A model generated the notes under the pieces. That model saw only the letters and a list, made by a program, of their open reading frames with translations. It was not told the origin of the DNA and did no database searches. The position numbers and the translations under genes were made by a program. From Bigelowiella natans CCMP2755 (lineage: Eukaryota; Protista; Cercozoa), in assembly GCA_000320545.1 (NCBI GenBank), contig ADNK01001576.1:39402-103401 (forward strand): DNA of 64,000 nucleotides, read 5' to 3'. Within the stretch, counting starts at the first letter, position 1. The number at the start of each line of letters is the position of its first letter. This document shows positions 1-12,099 of the stretch, in pieces.

Positions 1-1149
1 GACCGTTTAGGCATCGACGAGCAGCAGCTACGCTTCGACGAATAATAGAGGAATTTAGAGAATGATACCGATTATATTACATACACTTATTTAGCTAAAC
101 CAATTAGTATCTTGCATTGTTTTCTTAGCATGCGCCACACGCCTACTTGATTGTACAGCTAAGCTTTCGTTGTAAAGTATGAGTTCATTGCATGCTGGAT
201 TGAGGTTATTCGATCCACACCTGTAATGTGTGGCGGATTGACGAGATGGCAACTTTGTCGTGCGATATAGATGCTAAGGATAAAATTTTAACCTAAATAT
301 CCCTCACTACGAGTTTTTTGGCCTTAATTAAGATTATGGACACGCATGATGGCATATGCATTACACATATGTAATCACATCCGGCGTGCCACTTGAACAG
401 TTTGTTTGCATATGAATTCGTTGTGCATGTAGCTTAATGTAACGTAGCGAGCTTTTGCTTACTGTCGTTCCGATTATATTATCATATTAATTATCAGCCA
501 TCCTAGCATCTAGTTATGTTACTTATTCTGTGTGACATCTCTAGATCTCGATCTAGAATAAGAGAACTCTAGAAACTGCAATGTGCGCTATCAATACCGC
601 CGCCCACACTATACATCCCATGCTAGCAATAATAGACTACGTAATATAATATATACAATATATATCATGTTACTGTGTCTATAACTAGCGAATAGCATGC
701 TACGACGTAGATTCATCGTATATATCTGCATCATTATTTCGTGGTACGTACGCATAGGTCGAACAGTAGTTACTGCCCCTACTACATGGTATGTTGATCA
801 GTACTAGAGTACAAACATATGAATTATATCGCAGCGCAAGGAAATTCAGCTCATATACTCTTCTTCTAGGTCTTGACATCTTGAGAACAATAAACGTACA
901 TGAAATAAAAGACTGCTCCTACTACGCAGCGGGTGGGTCTTTCCGCTTGGCTCCTATTCCTACTTAAAATCATGGATCGCACGAATTACATTCAGAAAAT
1001 AGTATAATCTCAATCACGCGCCACCACATACAATAGTAGTACAAATCAGAGATCGATACCAGAAGAATCAATCAATCCAATCGAGCAGGACGGTGATGAT
1101 ACAACCGTCATCGTTGTAGCGCCATCAATCAATATAGTAGAGTAGAAAA

Positions 1150-2434
1150 TTATTTACCAAGGATAAGTAACATAGTTCCCACATTAATATTAGAGAATAA
1201 TGGGATGGAAGACTTTGTGGTGGAGGTTGATGCAGCAGGAGGACGTCTACTCCCCGCCCAACCACGCGGAAAATACTCGATTTTGGCAGAAACATCATTC
1301 GTCTCATATCATCCCCTCCCCCCCCCCTTATTCTCTGACGAGATCTCTCAGAGAATTGCGCACACTATCTCACTTTTGCTGTCTTATCACCACGCATTTC
1401 AAGTCGCATATGTCATGGATATAAAGAAGGTGGATGATCTATATTCGACTCACGTTCCTGTGTTGCTGGAGCTTCTTTTCCGTCGCCATTTGCGACGATA
1501 TTAGCGGTAGATATCTTCTCGCTACCGGTGCCGCTGCTGGTGCACATAGAGATAATGTCTTCCTTCTTTATGTCGTCACATAGCGCCTCGAATGTGTCTA
1601 GCGATGACAAAAAGGGACAATATTTAACCCAAAAAAAAATGATTCAGTAATAAGTGCATATTCAATATATTATATTTGCGCGCGTGTGTGTGTATCACTG
1701 CAAATAGCACATTCCCCAGAGCCATAACGATGCTACTCTTTCATCAGTAGCTTAGTAGCAGCAGTAGAGGCTACTACTACACCAAAGGAATAATGACATA
1801 CTCATGCATGTCGTGAGGAAGTTTGGATGGTTTTTGTCCGGCCGAGCCCTGAGCAACATCGGGTATATGTGCAGCATTTAGCATTAAAACACCAACGAAT
1901 GAGAGGCCAGAGGCCACGACTGCTAATGATAACATCTCTAGTTGTTCCGAACGAATGCACGATCCAACGCGTCTATTCTATGAGTCTTTTCGCTCAGATG
2001 AAACCGTGCTTGGTGGTATTGTGTGTGGAAAAGACGATGGAAATTCGCTTTGCATCGGTTTTGCGACAAGCTTCTAGGCGTTCCTGTGCTGTATCTTCGC
2101 TGCGCAGAAACCGTTTGTCCTTTATTTGCTGTAAGCGTGCGTGTGTGTAGTCATTCGAGTGTCCATATTCCTCAAATCGTGCAGTTTGGAGAGTTCCTGC
2201 AACTTCATCACCTGATCAGCTGCCAGACTCCGTCTTTCGCATTGTACACGGCCTTAATATATATGGACACATGGATTTATGTGGTACGTGTGTGTGTGTG
2301 ATTGTGTGCCTAGCCAATGCTACTACACTGTCTATTCTTATACCTCGACCACGTAGCTCATCTGATCCCGAAACCGCCGTTGGTGTTTGTTATACTCCTA
2401 TGCGTGTAAATAAATTTATATAATATTATGTATG

Positions 2435-2501
<67 letters not shown>

Positions 2502-2944
2502 CGATGCGCGTAAATCAACAGCCAGAATCAGTCCGAAGAGCTCAATTCAGAACGTTGGTGGAGAGAGGAAAATCCTATATTTTTTCCTCGCAATAAACCA
2601 AATGTAGTCTTAGGAGGGAAAAAAATAGAAACGTGGTACAGATAACACATCTACCACCTTAAATGTGTAGCCCCCCCCGGCATTCTGCAACGCTCTAATA
2701 TGACAAAAACAATGATGCGTGCGGATGAGTGGAGTTTGATAGCAAAAGAAAGCAACACGCATATCAAAGGAGAACGAAACAATACACTCTCTGCTTTATA
2801 CATTCCTCCCGCCTTGCTGTCATCTGGCCCTCCCCCCCCCTCTTACTTAAGCAAAGAGCTTGGGTTGTTGATGGTTGTTTTCTTTATCGGAGTCTCGCTA
2901 GAGTCGGTTTCTATTCACACAGACACATGTTAGAAGGCGTTGAT

Positions 2945-2976
<32 letters not shown>

Positions 2977-5414
2977 TATATCAGAGAGCTATAATGTACC
3001 GCCGCCGTTGTTGTGCGTTCCAACATAAAGCGAGACGTCTTTCCTGAAACATACAGTGCGGCTATTGTCACAAAGAAAATATGCGCTACAGCAACTCAAC
3101 GATGATCGGGCAGGGGTTATTCACAGAAAGATTGAAAAGGATGAATCGTCCTCTCGAAGCGTATGAGCTTTTTCTGCGACATTCTCGTTTTCGGGAGCTG
3201 CTACATAGCTAATGAGACACACATGTGGGTCTCGCTATACGCGTGTGTATGGTAAAATTGTAGGATGACTGGTAATTTTTCATTCGTCAAAAATATTAGT
3301 ATATCATCGGTAGCACAAAAGGGCTAGTGTGACGTTTCTTTCCTATGATGATTCGTAAACTCGCGTTTTATACCTGTGCCGCATCGCTCGCACCAGCTCT
3401 GTTTCGCGTATGCTCACATCTATGAAACAACGGCACGTAAAAAAGGACGAGAGTAGCGATGAGAGTTACAGCAACGGCCTCTGAGACAAATAGCCGAAAG
3501 TAACGTAGTAAGGAGGGCATAGGATACTTAAATTATAGTTGAGTAATATTGCGACGTAATAGTGACGTCTAGGAAATCTTGAGCTAATAAAAAGGGGTTG
3601 GATGGGGGAGCATTGTCGTTGAATCTATGATACACACGGTCAGTATTTTCGTGGAAGGAATCGAGATCTTCGATGCTGCCAGCTTTCGTGTTTTGTTTAG
3701 CCGCTTTGCGAAGAATATTGTTTTATTTTCTTCATCCCCCCCCCCCCCCCTCTCCTTCCTCATCCTATGATTTATAATGTTGCTTGCACCGATAGTTTGT
3801 AGCTCGGTTGGCTTCCATTTCAAGATTGGAAGTCTCGTCATCATGTATCCTCCTGCGACACGTCAGACGTCCTCTTAGCATCCACTATCAATGCTTACAC
3901 TTGTACTTGTGAATTTGTGCGTGCGTGCGTGCGCACGCGTGTGTGTTCGAAAACTGTACGTATCCGCAAATCATATCGTCTAGGTAGTTGCTCATTTCCA
4001 ATAAAACCTTCGGCTGGCGTGAAGATGATTCCGTCGTTCATATTTTTCCTACGCAGTAGCAGTGTTGTTGGTGTAGAAGGAGCACTCTTTGTGAGCAATT
4101 GCAATAGCTACAACTCTAACGGTTGCGTTGGTTGCGCATGTGCGTCGTGGGAAAGAAAATAGTAGTGTTGAGCAGTTCTCTCGAGCTTCTAGATAGGTGT
4201 GCGTGTGTTTGTGTGTGACGCGTGCAGGCTGCACATTGCCATACCTTTCACCCGTGCTTCTTTTCTCTGTAAAAAGCCATTCGGGTGTGTGCGAAAACAC
4301 GCCATGGTCGTTGCTTGCAGGGCCGGCACTTCCTCCTTTCACGTCATCGGCCCCCCCCCCTCCAGTTTGAGTTATCCTCTGGAATATAATCTCCACGTGC
4401 TTTTTTGGCATTATGGTTTTTGTCTGCAGGGCGAAGGGGGCTTTGATGCGGTCTTTGTTCCCACGATAATCGCGGATGATTCTTTGCAGCGCCTCCAGTC
4501 TGTCCTCGAATGAACGCTTCAGATATGATTTACCTGCCAACTCAACTACGTCGAATAGAAGATACGCCAGTCGCTTTTCGCCGTTGTTCCACTGCCAATA
4601 GCCACACAAAAAAAATAAAATGACCTTGTTGCCTCATCCCAAATGTGTTTATCAACGGCAATATGAATGCTAATGCGCACTGATCTATGTTCAATCGAAT
4701 AGATGTACTACACAACCATCACCACCTCCTCAACAAGCTCTCCATCCAGAAGAGTATCGCCCTGCCCATTGAAGCATCTTGACGCGAAAAACCCGCTCAA
4801 TTGCCCCGAGAGAATCTTGAGTTTGAAGTCACGCCCAATCAGGTAGCAGCGTCCTTTCCTAAATAAGAAGGAATGAAAGGACGAAGGAGGACGTATTCTC
4901 GCCAGCATGCTAGGTAACAGCAACAACGCGCACGCGTGTACCTTCGAGAAGAGAAGAGGAGGAAGCGGTCTCCATCTGATTTCTCTGCAACAAAATATCT
5001 GTTCGTTTTCAGAACGTGAAGATTGGATCTGGACAGTGTCTGCGGCATAGGCCCCGGCGATTTCTTGAAAAGCCAATGGTGCTGCTCTTTCCTTACATTT
5101 TCCTTGCCGCACATTCGCAGAATCTGAGACTGCAATTGAGCTTCTTCTCTCGCATCCTCTGCCTTCAGTTGTGATATGAACAGATCTTTCATTCCTAGGG
5201 GAGCTGCATTGGGGCTTCTATTTGCTGGTCCTACGAATGTATGCGTGCGATGTCGAATGAGACGAGACAAGACGCACATTGGCTCAGAAGTTTCACTACC
5301 TCCCGTTCCGCCACTTCTTTGTTGATAATGGCCACCCCCTCTTCCTCTCCCTTGCCTCCGTTCCTGTCCTCGAAAACCCCCACGTCCTCCCCTGCCAGAC
5401 GGTGAGTTTCTCAT
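1150..5414 (-). CDS. mRNA capping enzyme, guanylyltransferase (GTase) without a visible triphosphatase domain; multi-exon, 3' end approximate
   Basis: All nucleotidyltransferase motifs occur in order across exons: motif I (PGPMPQTL...YFVAEKSDGDRF, ~4960-5060), III (TLLDGELV, ~4735-4760), IIIa (YLLFD, ~4550-4565), IV (NDGIIFTP, ~4015-4040), V (ILKWKP, ~3808-3826) and VI (RARPDKNHPN, ~1820-1852). The N-terminus is RGG-rich. Confidence 0.9.
2439..2498. repeat. Compound (TA)n(TG)n microsatellite, intronic
   Basis: Directly visible in the sequence. Confidence 0.95.
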
Positions 5415-5689
5415 TTCGCTAGTTAAAAGGCGAGACGGGTAATGTACTCGTTGGATTGTAATCTGGGAAATGAATAGCGAGAATCCTTTCCAATCTCATC
5501 CTGCGACATAAATGAATTCATGTCGTAAGGAAAAAACAAATATCAAGAAAAGGATGTGTTGTCGCAGGGTCGGAATACAGGCTCTTCGAGTTTCGTATTT
5601 CATCACGTGGACCGATCGACTTGCATCCATCTCGTGATGGTTCTTCACAAGTTCGACACTGCAGATGACAGATTCAAATTGTTCCAATG

Positions 5690-6780
5690 GTTAGTCTAGC
5701 TGCTTAGCCGTCTAACTAGCTAGCCGTCTAGCCGTCTCTAGGTCTAGCTAGCTAGCTATCCCTGGAACAACAGAGCACGTCTGGACATCTGGACGTCCAG
5801 ACATGCCAGCATGCCAGCCGGCTGTCTAGCTGTGCTGGTTTTTGTGCATGACTATCATGACTGCCACACCATGCCAGCATGCGACATTCGGACGTGCCTA
5901 TCTAGCCGTGTATGCTTGCCTGGACACACTGCTAGATCAAACACATCTAGACATCTAGACGTTCAAAATTGAACATTGCCAGATTGCTGGATTGCTAGAT
6001 TGGAGTTGATTCCAGAATTGGCAGTCATCTTGCAGTTGCTAGCTAGCCAGACTTTTGCTAGTTCCAGACTGACATGCTAGCTCTGCAAGGCTAGAAGGCC
6101 TAGAGGCCAAAAGGCTAGAAGAGGCAGGCTAGCAGGAGGGCACGCTGACACGCTGATGACACGCTGCTAGGCTGACGACAACCAAAACTAGAAAAAACCA
6201 GACAAGACGACGCACTGCTAGCTAGCTAGAGCTAGCTAAGCGCATTCCAGCATTCCAGCATTTGCGATGGCTAGATGGCGATGCATGCTTGACATGGATG
6301 CGTGCTAGCTAGCTAGCGTGCGTGACTAGCTAGCTAGGTCTAGATGTTTTCAGATCTGTCATCACACGTCCTAGATCTAGTAGATGCTCTCTGCTAGCTA
6401 GCTAGTCTGGCTCTCCCTGGATCTAGCTCTAGAGCTAGCAAGAGATTTCGACAAACTAGCACACCTGCATGCTGTGTGCATTTCTGGATTTCTAGAACTA
6501 GCTAGCTAGCTAGTTAGATTTGATGTCACTATCTAGTCACAGATTGCGATCGCATGGTGAGCACTTTTGACTGCAACAATCTGCGCTAACTCTAATGCAC
6601 AATGGAATGCCTAGATGAAAATGCTAGATTGCGTAGTAGATGAATGGTACTGCACATGTGTCCTAGCTAGCTAGTGTCATGGACACATGCTAAGCTGGTA
6701 AGCTAAAAGCTAATGGCATAGCTCTAAGGATTTGACACTTGAATGCATGGTGTTTACTTGTCATTGTTTAAAATATAGTT
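5690..6780. other. Intergenic TpA-purged, (CTAG)n-rich tract (strong)
   Basis: Hand count for 5915-6513: about 42 TpA, of which about 40 are CTAG, plus one CTAA and one GTAG. No TAT, TAC or ATA. Many (CTAG)n runs and micro-duplications. Confidence 0.9.
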
Positions 6781-6940
6781 TGTATCGTTGGATGTACTTG
6801 TTAATGGCTCACAATCCGTTTTTATTTTCGGCAGCGAATCGATCCTCGTTGACATCAAACCCTCTAGGAGTGAATTGACGTTGATTTCCTGGAGTCCCTG
6901 GAGTTCCTGGTCCATCAGCTCGACCTATTGGTTGGAGAGC

Positions 6941-9900
6941 TCATGCAGATTGTTGGGGTGTTGACAGTGTTGGGATCGATTTTAACTGCTTCGTCTCACC
7001 CAATTCATTGCTATCTTCTTGGGATCCCGGGGATCTTACATCAAGGTGAACGTCACCCTTCCCAGTCTTCATTTGTTTTCCAACCTCATCAATGTTAACT
7101 TTCGGCCTTAATCCGTATCCTGTACGCCTATATACCCACTTAGTTATTTCGTCCGCAATAGCACACACAGGGGTAAGGCCAATGACCAACCCCCATTCGC
7201 GACCTCCAAGATAACTCATCGAAAATATATCCATTAGCCCTGGAACGTTGCCAACGAAAAGAGTAAAGACAACTGAAAATCCCACGGCGTACTGCATGTA
7301 CTTGTTGCTGAATAATCCCATTGTAAACACTGACGACCGAAGCGAGCGACTCGTGTACGCTCTAAGAAGTTCCAAGAAAACGATTACGTAAATCACCATC
7401 GTCTGGGCTCTTCTAGTTCCATCTGTAATTTCATCATCACTTAAATTATCGTTGGTTCCATCTGCAGAACCGACATTCCACTGAAGCCCGATAATATACA
7501 CTGCAAGAGTTATCCCAGTTTCAAGGATTGTTTGAATTACAATTCCCGTAATCATGAGTTTCTCTAAAATCGGCTCGCTGAGAGGACGCGGTCCTTGATC
7601 CATTATTCCTGAAACATAATGGTTTTATATCATTTTGGAAAAAACATATTATCAATGGATGCACAAATAAAATCTCGTTGAAAATCTTAACAGTTCGCCA
7701 ATAGGGCTTAGCATCATCATTAAAGTCCGACCGGGCTCTGCTTGCTCAAGAGCAAGTGCAACAGCTGGAGCCCCATCAGTGACTAAGTTCAACCATAAAA
7801 TCTGGATTGGAACCAATGGGGTACGCAGACCGGCGAGGAGTGCAACCAAGATGAGAAATACCTTTCCAAATCCAATCTATAGATCAGGAACAATATCCAA
7901 AAAACAGAATTCGGTACTACCTCAGCAACATTAGTTGACAATAGGAAGAAAACAAATTTGGTGATGTTGGCGTAGATCTTCCTGCCCTCTTTGATAGCCT
8001 AAAAAGTATTGATTTAAGAACATATTTACGGTACTTAATTGGTTTATGGCTTCTTACTGTAACAATGGTCGCAAAGGAATCATCCAGGAGTATCTGTCGT
8101 GATAATTTAAGATCGAGTCTTCTTGCAAAGGTTTTTATCTGCTTACCATATCAGCTGAACGTTTGGCGACATCTGTTCCTGAGCCCATAGCGACACCTGA
8201 AGAAAGATAGTTTCTCGAACACCCAAATCAAGAACACTATGAACTACCAATATTTGCTCCTTGTAATGCAGCTGCATCGTTAACTCCATCTCCAGTCATA
8301 CTAGCAACATGGCCCTACGACCAACGAAATATGTGTAACGCTCTCAAAAGAAACAACAAGTTGGGATACCTGTCGTTTATAGGACTCAATGATAGTTATC
8401 TTGTCAGTAGGTTCTGCACGAGCATAGACTTTGGTTCTCGACGTGATCTCATCAACCTAATATGGTCATCCTATTATCTAAAGAGAATTTTGATTAATGA
8501 CTTCAAATTGCCTCGGCATAAACTCCATCAAGAGCTGCTTTTATTTCAGACTTCCCTTGGGACGTGGCTTCTTTTGTATCCTGAAACAATAAAGGATGGG
8601 TTTAGGACTCTCGGATGGAAAATTAAACAAATACCTTCCGCAGCTTTGAAATACGCTGCCCAAGCCTTCTCAATTTTCTGCAATCCATGACCTATTTCGA
8701 AATCTTTTTGTAAGCTTTACTTACATTAAGAAACGACCACAATATTCTAGAGTTAGCATTCAAAAATTTTACATACCCGATTTGAATTTTCACGATCCCC
8801 TTTGGGCAGTAGGTCAATATTCTCTGCAATAGCTCGAGCAGTGGCTAAGTAATCGCCAGTAATCATAACCTCCATAGACAAACATGAAGACGTTACTATG
8901 TCACTATGACTTAAGCATACCATAGGTGTATTATAGTACTGTGTCAACGCCTGCGTTCCTTGCAAGTAAGATAGCATCAGCTACTTCTGGCCTTTCAGGA
9001 TCGATCGCCGCATTTAAGCCCAAAAATATCAAATTATTCTCCAATGTCTAAGTATTTTGATACCATCAGATGCTATCCCATATCGAAAGTTAAGATAAGA
9101 CCTCTTGATCAACTTTTGAATCATCGGTGTATCCTTGAATTCCCACAGCCAGAACACGTAGCGCTTGGGACGAGAGGTTGTTTACAGTATTTAAAGCTAT
9201 CTCCTGAATTTAGGAATCCTGTCTTATGAGAATATCTTCAACAATTCTAATTATGTACTCTACAAAATTAAACACTATACACTTTTAAACTGACATATTG
9301 CTATACGATGCAATAACTTTGCTCTTTGTTGTATGATAACATGGAGGTCTTAAATATAGTTCCACCACCTTTTCCTTTAATCCCATCGGGACAACCTTCC
9401 TGTCTATAAGTACATGAGTAGAACGCTCTATAATTCGATTTGGTGCTCCCTTCGTGACCGCCACGAAGGAGAAATTTTGAGATAAAATAGATGTGAATGC
9501 AGAACATCCAGGAACCTTTTTATCCTGATGAAGCGATTTTAGGATTTTAGGGAAGAAAGAAGCTAATTTCATTTCAACCTTACAAAGTACCATCGTGTTC
9601 TCGTAGTTCTCGTTGATCTTAACCAATACGGACATCATCTTTCTCTTTGACGAAAACGGGTTTTCTTTTACTTGTGTATATGCTTCAGCAATCTGTAAAC
9701 TCAACAATTTTATCGGGGATCAAAAGTACATAAAAATATTTTAAGTACATTCTTTCGTTCGACCCCCAGCTTCCTGGCAGCTACTACGAGTGCTCGTTCG
9801 GTAGCATTTCCCGTCCCTACCCATTCGCGTGTTGTTTTTTCCTCGCCTTTGTCGTTCTTAACTGTGACATCGGCTAGTTCTACAGTTGCTCCACTGCAGA

Positions 9901-11839
9901 GAAGGAATGCTGTCAACATTCCTTCTAATTTTCCTTCGCTCTTGATCTATAAATAATGTGCGCTTAATATCTACATCTATCGATAAGCGACGCAGAATCA
10001 AATCAATATATATTACCTGTTCAAAGACGTTTGCAGCATCGCCGGGAGTATCAATGTCCTGGTTCTTCTCCTCGACTGGGAATATGTAACCATCCGAACT
10101 ATATCCTTGCCCAGTTACTTTGTACATCTGACCAAAATGCCAAAGGCGGACCGTCGTCATTTTGCCGCAGGTAAGCGTTCCGGTCTTGTCAGTGCAAATA
10201 AGCCTGATAGAAGTAAATATATCAATATATATTGGGTACATATTCCAAAATTTACATACGTGGTTGATCCAAGAGTTTCGACACTAGCCAATTTATTCAC
10301 AAGAGCTTTTTGCTTGCTCATGTTCTGCATACCAATAGCCAGAGAAATTGTCACACAAACAGGTAGGCCTTCAGGTACCGCAGCCACAGTAAGGGATACA
10401 GCTATTAGAAGGAACTGTAACCATACGGGGTCCCCAGATGTGGGATCAGCTCCCCTTCCAGTCGACACACCAATAACGAAGATTAATATACTAACAGAGA
10501 GGGATGCAATACCGAGCTTGACTCCTAAATCTCCGAGTTTTTTCTTCAAAGGGGAGTCGCCTGCATCTACACCCTTTAACGTCTCCGCAAACTGTCCAAT
10601 CTTGGTCTTCATTCCGGTATTCAGCACAATACCTTTACCTTTGCCCTGTGTAACCTCGGTTCCCATGTACAGCATATTTGTAAGAGTTAGTTCTTTACTT
10701 TCTTCTTCTTTGCCATTATCAGTTTTTGTACTGGGATCTAAGTCTTCACTTTTCATATCATCCTTTGGTTTCTCAATTGGAGTTGGCTCGGTGGATTTTC
10801 GAACAGTAATTGATTCGCCCGTGAGCGATGCTTCGTTAACCTTCGGGTGGCATACAAGATATATTACAAGCGGCTAAAACTACCATTTAGTATATACTCT
10901 TTCCTTTACCTGCAAATCCTGTGCTTCAATTAGTCTAATGTCTGCTGCTCCTGTGTTTCCCGTGTTGATTATTACAATGTCCCCGGGAACGATATCTGTT
11001 CCATCGATTGTTACGATTTCACCGTCCCTTAACACCTCCACCTGTGCTACGACAAGCGAAGAGAGTGCTTCAAGAGCTGCGCCTGCACCATTTTCCTAAC
11101 AAAATAGTAGAAACTCTCATAACCTTCGACATTCGTAATATTCAAGTCTTCTCAACCTGGACAGCCCCAAGGATGGCGTTTCCCATTACAATAACAATAA
11201 TAGCGACTCCAGCAGCAAATTGACCCTGGAAATTACCGGATATGAAGATAATCGAATGGGAATGGGAACATCTTGATTGATCTCTGTACCAAAGCGAGTG
11301 AAACAATGCAGGCCGCAATCAGCATGATTACAAGAATATCCTCGAATCTGATTAGGGAGGCGTTTCAGGGATAATTTGGGTACAGATATATTTCGAGGAA
11401 CTTACTGCTCTATGAATAGCTGCAAAAATGTTGGTGGCGGGTCCTGAAAGTATCAATACTGTCATAGACCGTGCATTTATCTAAATTGGGCTATACCGAT
11501 TCCAACTCATTTTTCCCGTGTTCCTCAAGCCGTTTTTTTGCTTCAGCAGAAGAAAGACCTTTGTTCACGTCAACTTTGTGTCTCGAAATCAATTTTTCCA
11601 ACGGGAGCTCTGCCTCTGATATTTAGAGACACGCTTCCATTAGTATATGAGATATGAGGTACTACTCGCATTAAATCATTGAATTCTCTAGGACCAGTAT
11701 CAATAAAACTTGCTTGTCTAGCAGCCTCTTTTAACATTCGAAGCTCCTCTACTGTAAGAGTTTTGACAGGGGTTTCCTCAGGAATTGGTTCAGAGCCTGC
11801 CCATTCTTTTGCAGTTTTGAAAAGATTCTTTGTTGACAT
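6941..11839 (-). CDS. P-type II cation-transporting ATPase, ATP4/ENA-like (probable Na+ pump); many short introns
   Basis: [19 protein letters not shown] (N-domain), TGES, AVPEGLP, phosphorylation motif [10 protein letters not shown] (~10170-10200), [47 protein letters not shown] and [10 protein letters not shown]. Start M at 11839, stop at 6941. Confidence 0.95.
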
Positions 11840-12099
11840 AGTTTTCCCTAGATCATTGGCAAACACAATGGAACGTAGATATTTCAATGCTTTCTAATGC
11901 ACAAGACCGCCATAATTGATTCACAGAAACATGCAAAGTGCATGATGTGTAATCTACCTGTTGTATTTGAATTTCCTCTCGGTCTTGTGGGACGGGTCGG
12001 CATGTGTACAGGACTTTCCATGGTTGTGAAATCGTGTTCAAAAAAGAATCCAATGTGAGGTGTGGAGGGGAGCACTGAATATTAAGTTGGTGCCCCTCC

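Noticed and set aside
5690-6780. CRISPR-like or regular satellite array
   Set aside because: No constant repeat-spacer period; only irregular (CTAG)n runs and micro-duplications.
10107-10877. 256-aa plus-strand ORF
   Set aside because: Antisense shadow of a long ATPase exon.
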